Source: Elusimicrobiota bacterium (GTDB taxonomy: Bacteria > Elusimicrobiota > Elusimicrobia > UBA1565 > UBA9628). From it: a stretch of DNA of 64,000 nucleotides. The notes below the pieces were generated by a model. The model did no database searches and had not been told where the DNA came from. It was given only the letters and a program-made list of their open reading frames with translations. Shown in pieces: positions 43,586 through 55,651 of this stretch. The stretch is from NCBI GenBank assembly GCA_023249675.1, contig JAHFCE010000008.1:39246-103245 (forward strand). Direction: 5' to 3'. A program made the translations under genes and the position numbers. The first letter of the stretch is position 1. Every line of letters begins with the position of its first letter.

Positions 43586-44257
43586 CTAGAACAGCGACAG
43601 GAAACGGTCTTCGTACTCCTTGAAAAAGTCGTATTCGCGCAGCTTCCGTCCCAGCGCTTCGATCGCGGAGCGGTCGCGCCGAGCGGAGTCGAACAGCGCC
43701 TCCACCTCGCGCCGCCGCCGGCCGCCCTCGCCGCGGTCGGGGGAGAACATGTCGCGCCGCTCCAGGTCCCGCACGTGGCCGGGAAAGGAGCGGGCCGCTT
43801 CATCGAGCGTGAATTTCATCAGGGCCAGCGACCACGCGCCGTCGGGACAGCGGATCACGGCCCGGTCGGTCACGTCGCGCGTGTCGAAGTCGGCCAGCAT
43901 CCGGTCGGCGACGAGGCGCGGGTCGTCGTGGACGACGCGCGCGGCGAGGCCCTGGTTGCGGAAGTTGTACTCGAGCCCGCGCAATAGATCGCGGTAAGAT
44001 GTCGAGATCCAGCGCGCGAACTCGGCGGACTCGTCTTCGAAGCCTTCAAACCGCTCTTTGAACGCGCTCGGTGTCAGGATCTGCGGACGCTGAGCGACGA
44101 CCGTTCCCTCGCGCACGCGCGTCCGGTCGGGCAGCTCGTCGACCGCCGAGATGAGGTGATAGTCGATGTGCGTTGAGCCGAAAGTGGCCAGACGGCGTTT
44201 CGGCTCGCGCAGAATCTGGGTGCGGGAGAGAAGATTCCAGATCGGGTCCGAGGCCAT
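43586..44257 (-). CDS. Hypothetical protein
   Basis: Protein-like composition, no recognisable motif. Confidence 0.4.
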   Translation of the reverse strand: MASDPIWNLLSRTQILREPKRRLATFGSTHIDYHLISAVDELPDRTRVREGTVVAQRPQILTPSAFKERFEGFEDESAEFARWISTSYRDLLRGLEYNFRNQGLAARVVHDDPRLVADRMLADFDTRDVTDRAVIRCPDGAWSLALMKFTLDEAARSFPGHVRDLERRDMFSPDRGEGGRRRREVEALFDSARRDRSAIEALGRKLREYDFFKEYEDRFLSLF

Positions 44258-44347
44258 CCGTCTATTCTATCAGTCCGGGCCCGTCTTTACAGGCCATAAT
44301 CCCCTAAGCCTCGACATGGGGGGAGCGTAAAAAGTAGAATCGTCGAG

Positions 44348-45106
44348 GTGAGCCATCCACAACAGCCCGTCGGGCCTTCGCCTGCCGCCCCTGAGACGCC
44401 CACTCTCGATCTGCGCGAGAAGGGCGGACCCAAGGACGGCCAGCCTCAATTTTCCGACAAACGACTCTTCATGCAGTTGACCGCGTTTACCGGCTGCCGC
44501 GATGCCCGGCCCTTGATCGATGGGCTCATCGGCTGCGGCGTGGACTGCGTCCTTTATGAGGAAGTGAATGATCCGACCGGCGTCGCCGTGCTCGCGATGA
44601 CCGAGAACCCGGAACTGCTCGTCACGAAGCTGCGCCGCGACCTCGCGTCCGGCCCGTTCAAGGATCTCACGCCGAAAAATGAGTTCGCGATGCTCGGCCG
44701 CACCTACGCGCTCGGCTACGAGCCGAAGCTGGAGGACTGGCTCCTGCACCGTCCGCGCCGCATGGCGTTGGATCCTGGAACACCCTGGGCGCTCTGGTAT
44801 CCCTTGCGTCGCACGGGGTCCTTTTATCGCCTGCCGCGCCCCGAGCAGCAGCAGATCCTGCGCGAGCACGGGGTGATCGGCCGCCAGTTCGGCGACGCCG
44901 GCGCAGCCCAAGACGTGCGCCTCGCCTGTCACGGCCTCGACAAGAACGACAATGACTTCGTCATCGGCCTGATCGGCAAGGAGCTTCACCCGCTCTCCGC
45001 GCTTGTCGAGGCGATGCGCCCCACGGTGCAGACCTCGCAGTATCTTGAGAGCCTGGGACCATTCTTCGTCGGCCGCGCGCTGTGGCGCACGCCGCAGAAA
45101 GCTTAA
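44348..45106 (+). CDS. Chlorite dismutase/HemQ-like family protein (tentative)
   Basis: Cld-like pattern around WYPLRRTGSFYRLPRPEQQQILREHGVIGRQF, about 250 aa. Confidence 0.4.
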   Translation: MSHPQQPVGPSPAAPETPTLDLREKGGPKDGQPQFSDKRLFMQLTAFTGCRDARPLIDGLIGCGVDCVLYEEVNDPTGVAVLAMTENPELLVTKLRRDLASGPFKDLTPKNEFAMLGRTYALGYEPKLEDWLLHRPRRMALDPGTPWALWYPLRRTGSFYRLPRPEQQQILREHGVIGRQFGDAGAAQDVRLACHGLDKNDNDFVIGLIGKELHPLSALVEAMRPTVQTSQYLESLGPFFVGRALWRTPQKA

Positions 45107-45130
45107 AACCCCGTCCGCAAGGAGCCCTCC

Positions 45131-45535
45131 ATGTCCATTCGCAAATTCCGCATCGCGATGTCCGAGCGCTGCTTTCGCTTTAAGCCCGATGCGCTGCCCT
45201 CTCATGCCCCGCACAAGCCCGGCGTGTATGAGTTCGTCACCTTCGACGCGCAGAAAAACCCGCAGGTGCTGTTCGTCGGCGTGGCATTGACGGGCTCCGT
45301 GTACGAGGCGCTCGCCGCGCACATGGACAACAAGGTAGCACCCACCGCGAAGGAGCTTTTTGCCGCGGCGCCCGACATCTACTTCGACTACGTCGCCTCC
45401 GCCGACATCGACGAGGCCGACGAGCTCAAGGACATCGCGGGCGCGTTCGTCGCGAAGCATAAGCCCCGCTTCAACGTCGGCCCGGCTCCGACGTCCGGCA
45501 AGCACGCCTCTGTCGAGGTGGAAGAGGTCGGGTAA
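45131..45535 (+). CDS. Hypothetical protein with weak GIY-YIG-like N-terminal motif (PGVYEF...LFVGVA)
   Basis: Motif resemblance only. Confidence 0.35.
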   Translation: MSIRKFRIAMSERCFRFKPDALPSHAPHKPGVYEFVTFDAQKNPQVLFVGVALTGSVYEALAAHMDNKVAPTAKELFAAAPDIYFDYVASADIDEADELKDIAGAFVAKHKPRFNVGPAPTSGKHASVEVEEVG

Positions 45536-45536
45536 G

Positions 45537-45950
45537 TTGCCGCTTTCTTCTTTCCCGGCGCTGAACGCGGGCCTCAACGCGACCTGCGCTGTTCTACTTC
45601 TGCTGGGCTGGGTCCTGATCAAGACGGGCCGGCGCGAGGCGCATCGCCTCGCCATGGTCGCGGCCTTCCTATGCTCGGCGGCGTTCCTGGCCTGCTATCT
45701 GTGGTATCACTTCCACGTGGGCTCGGTGCGTTTCCAGAAGACGGGCTTGATTCGGACCGTGTATTTCTCAATCCTGCTCACGCACACGATTCTCGCCGTT
45801 GCCGTCCTGCCCGTGATCCTGCGGACTTTATTTCTCGCGGCGAAGGGGCGCTTCGCCGAGCACCGGCGCTGGGCGCGCTGGGCTTTCCCGATCTGGCTGT
45901 ACGTCTCGGTCACGGGCGTGACCGTCTACTGGATGCTCTACCGCCTGTAG
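45537..45950 (+). CDS. DUF420 family membrane protein
   Basis: Four TM helices. TTG start immediately after the upstream stop. Confidence 0.5.
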   Translation: MPLSSFPALNAGLNATCAVLLLLGWVLIKTGRREAHRLAMVAAFLCSAAFLACYLWYHFHVGSVRFQKTGLIRTVYFSILLTHTILAVAVLPVILRTLFLAAKGRFAEHRRWARWAFPIWLYVSVTGVTVYWMLYRL

Positions 45951-45960
45951 GCGGGAGTCG

Positions 45961-46281
45961 TCAGGTCGCGAACGACTTGCCGCAGGAGCAGGTCGAGGTG
46001 GCCTGCGGATTTTTGACCACGAAGCTGGATTTCATGAGGCTCTCTTCGTAGTCCACTTGAGATCCGCCGATGAAGAAGTCGGCCTTCGGGTCCACGACGG
46101 TCTTCGCGCCGAACGCCTCGTGCACGAGATCGTCCTTGGCGATCTCCCCGGCGACGACGAACTCGTAGCTCATGCCCGAGCATCCTCCCGAGCCGACCTT
46201 CACGCGCAGAACCGGCGGCAGGCCTTTTTTGGAAGCCAGGGCCTGGATCTTCTTGGCGGCGCGCTCGGTCAGAGTGATCAT
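45961..46281 (-). CDS. Iron-sulfur cluster insertion protein (IscA/ErpA/HesB family)
   Basis: HesB signature with three Cys (GCSG...C.CG). Confidence 0.75.
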   Translation of the reverse strand: MITLTERAAKKIQALASKKGLPPVLRVKVGSGGCSGMSYEFVVAGEIAKDDLVHEAFGAKTVVDPKADFFIGGSQVDYEESLMKSSFVVKNPQATSTCSCGKSFAT

Positions 46282-46290
46282 GTTTTGAAT

Positions 46291-46614
46291 TTAGAACTGC
46301 TTGGATTTGCCGCAGCCGCAGGAACCTTTCTCGAGCGGGTTCTTGATCTTGAAGCCGGAGCTCGTCTCGTCCTCGGTGTAGTCGATCGTCGCGTTCTCGA
46401 CGAACTTCAGGCTGTCGGCGTCCACGATGACGTCGAAGCCGGACTGGGGGAGGATTTTGTCGGCGGGCGTTTTGTCATCGAAGCCGATCTTGTACTCGTA
46501 ACCGGCGCAGCCGGACGCCGCGACGCGCAGGCGCAACGCCTTGCCCTGTGCGGTGTCTTCGGTTTTGAGGAAATCGGTGATCTTCTTGGCGGCTTGCGGC
46601 GTGATGGTCAACAT
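46291..46614 (-). CDS. Second IscA/HesB-family paralog
   Basis: Same fold (GCAGYEY...SCGCGKS). Confidence 0.75.
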   Translation of the reverse strand: MLTITPQAAKKITDFLKTEDTAQGKALRLRVAASGCAGYEYKIGFDDKTPADKILPQSGFDVIVDADSLKFVENATIDYTEDETSSGFKIKNPLEKGSCGCGKSKQF

Positions 46615-46699
46615 TGGTTTCTCCCAACCTTTTAATCCTGACTGAAAAGGTCGTGTATACAGTATAGGCCGACGAAGGGGACCGCGTCAAGAGCTCGAA

Positions 46700-47194
46700 T
46701 CAGGCCAAGCGGCCGGATTTGAGGAAAGCGGCGAGCCGCGGGCGCTCGAACAGCCTGTGACGCCGGGACAGCCTAACGAGAAGGATCAGCCCGGCGATCT
46801 CGCCCAAGACGTTCCACGGCGTAAAGGAGTCGGCGATCGGTCCGCGGACGAACGGAGGGAAATCTCCGAGCAGCGGCCAGAACAGGATGGCGGGATTGGG
46901 GTCGCGCCACATGCTGTCGAGCAGGAAATGACCGATGTAGCAGGCCCACAGCACGAGCGCGGGCTTCGGCCGCCGCTTCCAGATCAGGAGTGCGGTCAGG
47001 ACGAATAGCGATAAGAATACAGTGTGCCCGAAGCTGCGGGTGTTGTGATTGATGAGAGCTGGGTCCAAGAGCGACAGAGGCTTGTCGAGGAGGTCGGGCC
47101 CCAGCGCGAGCGCGGCCGCCCAGCGCGGATCGACGTCGCGATCGATAGCGCGCGCGGCTGAGATCGTCAAGCCGGCGTGAGCGAAGACGAGCAC
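46700..47194 (-). CDS. Membrane-bound metal-dependent hydrolase (YdjM/DUF457-like)
   Basis: His-rich TM protein (HNTRSFGH, GHFLLD). 4 bp downstream of the giant membrane protein gene. Confidence 0.45.
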   Translation of the reverse strand: MLVFAHAGLTISAARAIDRDVDPRWAAALALGPDLLDKPLSLLDPALINHNTRSFGHTVFLSLFVLTALLIWKRRPKPALVLWACYIGHFLLDSMWRDPNPAILFWPLLGDFPPFVRGPIADSFTPWNVLGEIAGLILLVRLSRRHRLFERPRLAAFLKSGRLA

Positions 47195-47198
47195 TGCG

Positions 47199-50100
47199 TC
47201 AGCGCAGTTGGCCGTTGATCCAGAAGATCAGCGCCAAGGCCGCGATGATCCCGGCGAGCGCGAACGCGCCGAGAACGCCCGTTGCGGCGAGCGCGCCCAC
47301 GAGGAGCCAGCCGGCGAGGCCGAGTGGCGCCCACGAGGTCATCAGCATGACGCCAAGGCCGATCACAGCGCCCGCGATGCCCCACGCGAAGAAGGACGCG
47401 GCGGTTTTCTTTGCCGAGCGCCACGTGCGGTCCCAATGCCGGCTCGCGTCCTGATCGACGATGGGAGACGGGATCGGGCCCCCGCTTTTCGCCGAGCGGT
47501 AGGCGACGACGAGGCTGCGGACGTAGCCGACCCAGCCTGGGATCGTCGCCGCGAAGGCCGCGACGATGGTGGCGGGAAGAATATTGGCCATGCGGATCCA
47601 GCCGTCCGAGATCGCGGCCTCGCCTTCGGGGAATTGGAAGCGGTCCGTGAGCTGGTTTAAGCGCTGCATTTCGGCGCGCAGGGCGCCGTACGTCCAATGG
47701 TCGAGGTAGCGCTGGGCCGGGCCGCCGATGTCCGCGAAACGGAAAGCCAGCGCGACCGAGGAGGTCAGCGCGTACGGAGCGGCCACGAGAACGCCCGCGG
47801 CGACGCCGACCAGGCCGAACGCGACGCCGAGGACGAAGGCGACAAGCTTGAGAAACGCGTTGCCGAGGAAGCCCAAGGCTCCCGAATATTTAAAGTCGTC
47901 GGCGACGACATGCTTGAAGTACGGGCGGCCCAGGATCAGCGCGCCGAAGGCGGCCGAGCCGATTATGCCCGAGACGAGCCCGGCGAGGAAGCCGAACACG
48001 AAGGGCACGATACGGCGCAGGACCTTCATGGCGGTCTCGAAGGCGGTGCGCAGGAAGGGGAGCATCTCGTAGACGACCTGGCGCGCGCCTGCGTAGGCGG
48101 CGGAAGCTCCGACGGACGCGACCGCGAACGCGGCTCCGGCTTGGGCCCAGGCGAGGCCGAGCGTGCCGCCGATGGCGCGGTACACAGGCTCCAGACGCAC
48201 GGCCTTGCCGGCTGCGGTCCAGTAGTCGAGCGAGAGACTGAAGCCGGCCTGCGAATGGTCGACGGCGCTCGGGAGTAGGCGCGTCCACAGCAGGGGCTGG
48301 GACACGGCAAGACCGGCGGAGAGGCCCGCGAGGGCGGCGAGAGGGGAGATCAGGGGCAGGCCGAGGGCGACCGCGGCGTAGACCCCGGCGGCGAGGCCGA
48401 GAGCGCCGAGTGTCGCGGCAAGCCACACGGGCGGCTTTCCGACCGGCGCCTGCTCTGTCTTGGGAGCGGGTGCTGCAGGGGCTTCATAGGAAGAAGCCCG
48501 TTCGGCTTCGGGCTTGGACTTGGCCAGCCTCGCGTCGGCGAGGCTGCGCAGGTAGGCGACTCCTCCGGCGACGACCAAGGCGATCGTCGAGGGGATCGCG
48601 GCGAGGAGGAAGCTGACCGTGCGCACGTACAGGCGCCAGATCGGCAGTTCGGCGCCTTCGGAGCCGAGCTTGATTGTGACCACATCGCGCGCCTGACTCA
48701 GCGCGTTTGGAAGCGAGCGGCGATCCCAGGTCCGGAAATACTTTTCAGACGCCTCGCCCGTGCCGGCCCAGCGCACGCCGAGCGACAGGCCGTGGGTGAG
48801 CGCGACGGGAATGCCCGCGATCACCCCGACGACGAAAGAACCGACAAACACCGCGAGCGCGGGCACGACTAAGGTCAGTGCCATCAGCACTCCCGCGCTG
48901 ACCTGGGCCCCGGACGGCCTGGAGCGCAGGGCGTCCTCACGCTTGAAGATTTCGCCCATCGGGCGGAACAGGTTCGTGGCGACGAAGAAGCCGGATTTGA
49001 GCGCGCCCAAGAGGGTTCCGAAGATAAAACCAGGCACGAACGGCACGATGTTTTTCAGGACCTTGACGGCCCAGTTGAAGAAGCGCTTGAGGAAGGGAAC
49101 GAACTGCGTCACCACGGCCATGAAGCCGGTCCACGCCGCGGCGCCGGGCTTGGCGGCCGCGCCGAGCAGGCCGCCGATCAGGCCGGACAGGGGCGCGGCG
49201 AAAATGGTGAGAATGTAGAGGGACTCCGACTCTCGTAGAGTGGCGTCGCCGCGAAGCATGGCGGCGTAGATCCGCTGATTGGCATCGATCCAGCCTTCGA
49301 ATGACTGTTTGGTGGAGAGGCCGCCTTCCGAGATCACATCGGACAACCAGCCGGACAACACCTGAGGCTGGCTCAGAGCCAAGCCTAAGCCTGCGCCGGC
49401 GAGGCCGCCCAGAACTCCGTACGCCAGGACGCCGGCGCCCGCGCCGATCAGGCCGAGCATAGTGGGCGCGACGAAGCCGGGTCGCGGGGTGACCGCAGGT
49501 TCGGTTCCGGTTTCACCGGTCGAGCGCGAGGGGGTGTCGGCGCGCTTGACGTCCACGCCGTGCAACGCGGCGCTCGTCGCGCGGACGATGGTTCCGATCG
49601 AAACCAAGGGCAGCCAGAGCGCCGTATAAAGGGAGATGGCGGTCCCATTGAGCGCGCGGGTCGTGCGCGCGGCCAAAGACAGGTTGTCTTTCGCGAGCGG
49701 GAAGCCGCGTTCAATAAGGACGCTGAAGGCGCCGTCATTTTTGACGGCGAGTACCCAGCGCTTGAAGAACGTCGCGCCCGCATCATTGACGCCGGACCAG
49801 GCGAAGGCGTTCAAGAGCGCGCCCATCATGACGTGCACGGGGCTGACGAGCAGGCCGATCGCCGTGCCGAGAGCACCCGTGACGACGATCGCCGCGAGCG
49901 CGGCCACCTGTGTTAGGCGGTAGGCGACCCAGCCGGGCAAGGACGCGGGCTTGTACGTGGTTCCAAAGGCGTCGCGGGCGATCGGACCGGCGAGAAGAAC
50001 CGCGCCCACGCTGGCGCCGGCGAATGCGGTCTTGAGCGCGCCGGTGATGAAGCCGACGATGAAGGGGAAACTGTGCTCGATGACGCGGGTGAGGAAGCGG

Positions 50101-51578
50101 ATCACGCGCTCCATCCACGGCAGGAAGCCGACGATGACCTCGCGCGCGCCGCGGAAGGCGGCGAGCAGCGGCGTGCCCACCACGCGGTAGGCCGCGCCGA
50201 GGGCGAAGGCGATCGGGGACATGACGTAGCCGGCGAGGATGAAGGGCCAAGCGATGACGGGGTATCGGAGAATGTTGGCCGAGAGTTCCTTTTTCATGGC
50301 CTCGTCGGTGGAGCTGCCGCGCAGGACGGAGTCGAAGATCAGGCCGAAGCGCGCCCAGAAGCGGTAGGTCATGGCGCCGGCGGAGACCGAGCTGTTCTTG
50401 AGATCGGTGGGAAAGCCTTTCCATGTTTCCACGGAGAACGCGGCGAAGCCGGCGAGCGCGCCGAGCGCGATCCAGCCGGCCGCGAGGGCGAGAGCGGGGA
50501 CGGCGACGACTGGAGCGAGAAGACCGCCCAAAACGGCGACGGCCCAGGCGGATGTGTACCACGCGGCGGCAGCGCCCGCGGCGGCAAGCGCCAAGCCGAC
50601 GGAGACGCGGGCGTGCGGGGTTTTGGGCGCGTTGTTTGACGGAGGCGCGGAGACGGGTCGTGTTTTGCCGGAGAGAGCATCCGCCTTGTCTGCCTTAATC
50701 TTTTGCGAAGCGGAGGGGGCGTTATCGTTTGAGGGGGCTCCCAGAAACAGAAGGCCTTCTTCCTCCCGGGAAGTCTCCATGGGAGTTCTTGCGGTCACGA
50801 GAGAACGAGCGTAGCTTGAAACCAATTCAGGGTACTTCCCTTGAATCGCTCCTCCGACCGCCATCTCGCTTCCTTCAGGGACCTTTAAAAAGAGGCTGAT
50901 CTCATCAAGCCCCATCCTCTCGGCTTGATCGATTAGAGGATCTGGATCTTGCACCATTTGATGGCCGATGACTTTCAAGAATGCAGCGACTTTCTGCTGC
51001 AATCTTCCTTCGCCCTGCAGAGCGGCGCTCTTGACGTGGAGTATGATCTGGCCGGGCCGGTACTCGATTGCGGCGGGCGCGGACGGAACGGGCAGGCCTC
51101 CTTTGTGAGGACGGGACCCGTCGAAGTGCCTGCGCATTTCGTCGAAGCGAGCCTCAAGAGAAACAGATGGTTCTACAACGGGGATGGGGATGGGATTATT
51201 CGGGGTCAGCGCGGCGGGAACGACGGGCCCGGCGGCGTCAACGGCGACGGATTTCACCGCTGCAGGTAAGGCGGAAGTCTTGAACGACAACGGCGCGACG
51301 GCAACGGAGGGGGCAAGCGGTGTCGGCACGGCGTTCGCGCCGGAGAGCGACAGATTTAAACCCAGTGGGGAACCCGGAGCGAGCGCGGCACCCGCCGACG
51401 GCAAGGACATCTCCACGCGGACGGGGGCACCGTTCATAGCGCCGCCGGTCGTTACCGCTGTCGTCCGCATTTGAGCGACGGCTTGGTAAACGCTTAGACC
51501 TGGGGCGGTTTGGATCAAGACAAAGGTCAGAAACGACGCGACAAAACGGCAGAACGAGGAGCGGGGGAAGTTGGCCAT
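47199..51578 (-). CDS. Giant (1459 aa) polytopic membrane protein: exported Ala/Pro-rich N-terminal region plus three internal repeats of about 340 aa; no recognisable family
   Basis: Signal-like N-terminus. Repeat cores FLTRVIEHSFPFIVGFITGALK (aa about 496), FLKRFFNWAVKVLKNIVPFVPGFIFGTLLGALK (aa about 829), FLRTAFETAMKVLRRIVPFVFGFLAGLVSGIIG (aa about 1175). Confidence 0.6.
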   Translation of the reverse strand: MANFPRSSFCRFVASFLTFVLIQTAPGLSVYQAVAQMRTTAVTTGGAMNGAPVRVEMSLPSAGAALAPGSPLGLNLSLSGANAVPTPLAPSVAVAPLSFKTSALPAAVKSVAVDAAGPVVPAALTPNNPIPIPVVEPSVSLEARFDEMRRHFDGSRPHKGGLPVPSAPAAIEYRPGQIILHVKSAALQGEGRLQQKVAAFLKVIGHQMVQDPDPLIDQAERMGLDEISLFLKVPEGSEMAVGGAIQGKYPELVSSYARSLVTARTPMETSREEEGLLFLGAPSNDNAPSASQKIKADKADALSGKTRPVSAPPSNNAPKTPHARVSVGLALAAAGAAAAWYTSAWAVAVLGGLLAPVVAVPALALAAGWIALGALAGFAAFSVETWKGFPTDLKNSSVSAGAMTYRFWARFGLIFDSVLRGSSTDEAMKKELSANILRYPVIAWPFILAGYVMSPIAFALGAAYRVVGTPLLAAFRGAREVIVGFLPWMERVIRFLTRVIEHSFPFIVGFITGALKTAFAGASVGAVLLAGPIARDAFGTTYKPASLPGWVAYRLTQVAALAAIVVTGALGTAIGLLVSPVHVMMGALLNAFAWSGVNDAGATFFKRWVLAVKNDGAFSVLIERGFPLAKDNLSLAARTTRALNGTAISLYTALWLPLVSIGTIVRATSAALHGVDVKRADTPSRSTGETGTEPAVTPRPGFVAPTMLGLIGAGAGVLAYGVLGGLAGAGLGLALSQPQVLSGWLSDVISEGGLSTKQSFEGWIDANQRIYAAMLRGDATLRESESLYILTIFAAPLSGLIGGLLGAAAKPGAAAWTGFMAVVTQFVPFLKRFFNWAVKVLKNIVPFVPGFIFGTLLGALKSGFFVATNLFRPMGEIFKREDALRSRPSGAQVSAGVLMALTLVVPALAVFVGSFVVGVIAGIPVALTHGLSLGVRWAGTGEASEKYFRTWDRRSLPNALSQARDVVTIKLGSEGAELPIWRLYVRTVSFLLAAIPSTIALVVAGGVAYLRSLADARLAKSKPEAERASSYEAPAAPAPKTEQAPVGKPPVWLAATLGALGLAAGVYAAVALGLPLISPLAALAGLSAGLAVSQPLLWTRLLPSAVDHSQAGFSLSLDYWTAAGKAVRLEPVYRAIGGTLGLAWAQAGAAFAVASVGASAAYAGARQVVYEMLPFLRTAFETAMKVLRRIVPFVFGFLAGLVSGIIGSAAFGALILGRPYFKHVVADDFKYSGALGFLGNAFLKLVAFVLGVAFGLVGVAAGVLVAAPYALTSSVALAFRFADIGGPAQRYLDHWTYGALRAEMQRLNQLTDRFQFPEGEAAISDGWIRMANILPATIVAAFAATIPGWVGYVRSLVVAYRSAKSGGPIPSPIVDQDASRHWDRTWRSAKKTAASFFAWGIAGAVIGLGVMLMTSWAPLGLAGWLLVGALAATGVLGAFALAGIIAALALIFWINGQLR

Positions 51579-51804
51579 GAATCAATTCTACGCGCGAAGC
51601 CTTGAAATCCGTACGGGTCCCAAGACCCAATATTCTGCGAGGTAATGGGCCTAGATTTTATGGGCCTCGGCCTAGGTCCTCGCCGCTCTGGACTTGGTCG
51701 CGGCAAGATTTATAGGATGATTCCCGACGGAGGAGGACCGGCGGCGGCGATACAAGCTGCTCCGGGATAGCCCGTCATAGCCGCTTAAATCAAATGGAGG
51801 GAAG

Positions 51805-53982
<2,178 letters not shown>

Positions 53983-53990
53983 GAGGTTTT

Positions 53991-55070
53991 ATGCCCAGCA
54001 AAGACGAGGTGTTGAAGGCGTTGTCGACGTGCATCGAGCCGGAGCTTCATAAGGACATCGTGACGCTCGGCATGGTGCAGAACCTCGTTGTGAACGGGGG
54101 GGTGGTGAGCTTCGACTACGTGCTCACCACCCCCGCCTGTCCTCTCAAGGGGATGATGCAGCTTGAGGCCGAAGAGGCGGTCAAGAAGGTCCCGGGCGTC
54201 AAATCGGTGAAGATCAACATGACCGCGTCCGTGAAGAAGGATGCGCGGCTTGAGAACATCCTGCCGCCCGGCATCAAGAACCTCATCGCCGTCGCCGCCG
54301 GCAAGGGCGGCGTGGGCAAGTCCACCGTCGCCTCCAACATCGCGGTCGCACTCGCCCTCGACGGCGCGCGCGTCGGCCTCATGGACGCCGATATCTACGG
54401 CCCCAACCAGCCGCAGATGATGGGCGTCTTCGGCTATAAGCCCACGGCCGGCGCCGACAACAAGATCGAGCCCGCCGCGAACCACGGCGTCAAGATCATG
54501 TCCATGGGTTTTCTCATGGATCCCGACGCTCCCGTGATCTGGCGCGGTCCGATGCTGCACGGCGCGATCACCCAGTTCCTCAAGGACGTGAAGTGGGGGG
54601 AGCTCGACTATCTGATCCTGGATCTTCCTCCGGGCACCGGCGATGTCCAGCTGACGCTATGCCAGACCGTGCCGATTGCGGGTGCGGTCATCGTGACGAC
54701 GCCGCAGTCGATCGCGCTCTCCGACGTGCGCAAGGCCGTGGCGATGTTCAAGAAGCTCAACGTGCCGATTTTGGGTGCCATCGAGAACATGTCCGGCTTC
54801 ATCTGCCCGAAGTGCTCGACCGAGAGCAAGATTTTCGCGGACGGCAGCGCGGCCGCCCTGAAGAAAAACTTCGCCATCGACCTGCTGGGAGGGATTCCGC
54901 TCGATCCGAAGGTCTGCCAGGCGTCGGAAGACGGCAAGCCGATCGTGCTGTCGCACCCGGATTCGGCGCCCGCCAAGGCCCTGCGCGAAGCCGCCCGCAA
55001 GGTTGCCGCCCAGGTCAGCATACGCAACGCGACCAGCCGCCCCATCGAAATTAAGCTCGTGAAAGCCTAG
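53991..55070 (+). CDS. apbC: Mrp/ApbC/NBP35 family Fe-S cluster carrier ATPase with N-terminal DUF59 domain
   Basis: Deviant Walker A AAGKGGVGKST and CxxC (ICPKC). Confidence 0.85.
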   Translation: MPSKDEVLKALSTCIEPELHKDIVTLGMVQNLVVNGGVVSFDYVLTTPACPLKGMMQLEAEEAVKKVPGVKSVKINMTASVKKDARLENILPPGIKNLIAVAAGKGGVGKSTVASNIAVALALDGARVGLMDADIYGPNQPQMMGVFGYKPTAGADNKIEPAANHGVKIMSMGFLMDPDAPVIWRGPMLHGAITQFLKDVKWGELDYLILDLPPGTGDVQLTLCQTVPIAGAVIVTTPQSIALSDVRKAVAMFKKLNVPILGAIENMSGFICPKCSTESKIFADGSAAALKKNFAIDLLGGIPLDPKVCQASEDGKPIVLSHPDSAPAKALREAARKVAAQVSIRNATSRPIEIKLVKA

Positions 55071-55078
55071 GAGACAAC

Positions 55079-55564
55079 ATGACCACCAGCGTATTCGCGC
55101 CGGAAACCACCCCGATCGCCGTCGGAGCCGCCGCCCCCGACTTCAAGCTGCCCGATTCCGAGAAAAAGGAGTGGACGCTGTCCGAGTTCAAGGGCAAGAA
55201 GCCCGTCGCCCTGTTCTTCTACCCGCTCGATTTCTCCCCGACGTGCTCGAAGGAGAACGCCTGCTTTTCCCAAGACCTTTCCCGCTACGAAAAGTACGCG
55301 CAGGTGTTCGCCGTCTCGGTCGACTCCGTCTGGGCGCACAAGGCCTACAAGGCGCAGATGGGCTTGAAGCACACGCTTCTCGCCGACATGCACCGCTCCG
55401 CGATCAAGGCCTACGGCCTGTTCCACCCGGGCGGCAACATCTCCCAGCGCGCGACCGTCCTGATCAACAAGGATGGCACAGTCGCCTGGGTGAAGGTCGA
55501 GGCCGACATCACCAAGGAGCGCGACTACAAGGAGCTTGAAGCGCAGCTCGCCAAGCTCACGTAA
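55079..55564 (+). CDS. Peroxiredoxin (AhpC/TSA/Bcp family)
   Basis: FYPLDFSPTCSKE peroxidatic Cys motif. Confidence 0.8.
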   Translation: MTTSVFAPETTPIAVGAAAPDFKLPDSEKKEWTLSEFKGKKPVALFFYPLDFSPTCSKENACFSQDLSRYEKYAQVFAVSVDSVWAHKAYKAQMGLKHTLLADMHRSAIKAYGLFHPGGNISQRATVLINKDGTVAWVKVEADITKERDYKELEAQLAKLT

Positions 55565-55651
55565 GTTCCAGAGATTCTGGGTCCATTGTCTCTCGTGGCC
55601 TGGGTCCAAAGTCTCTTCTGGCGCGCACCGCCGCCTTGATACACTGGCGCC

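Noticed and set aside
44270-45655. 461-aa minus-strand ORF covering the Cld-like and neighbouring plus-strand genes
   Set aside because: Arg-rich and not protein-like. The plus-strand genes have compact domain-like sequences. Kept as lower-confidence plus-strand calls.
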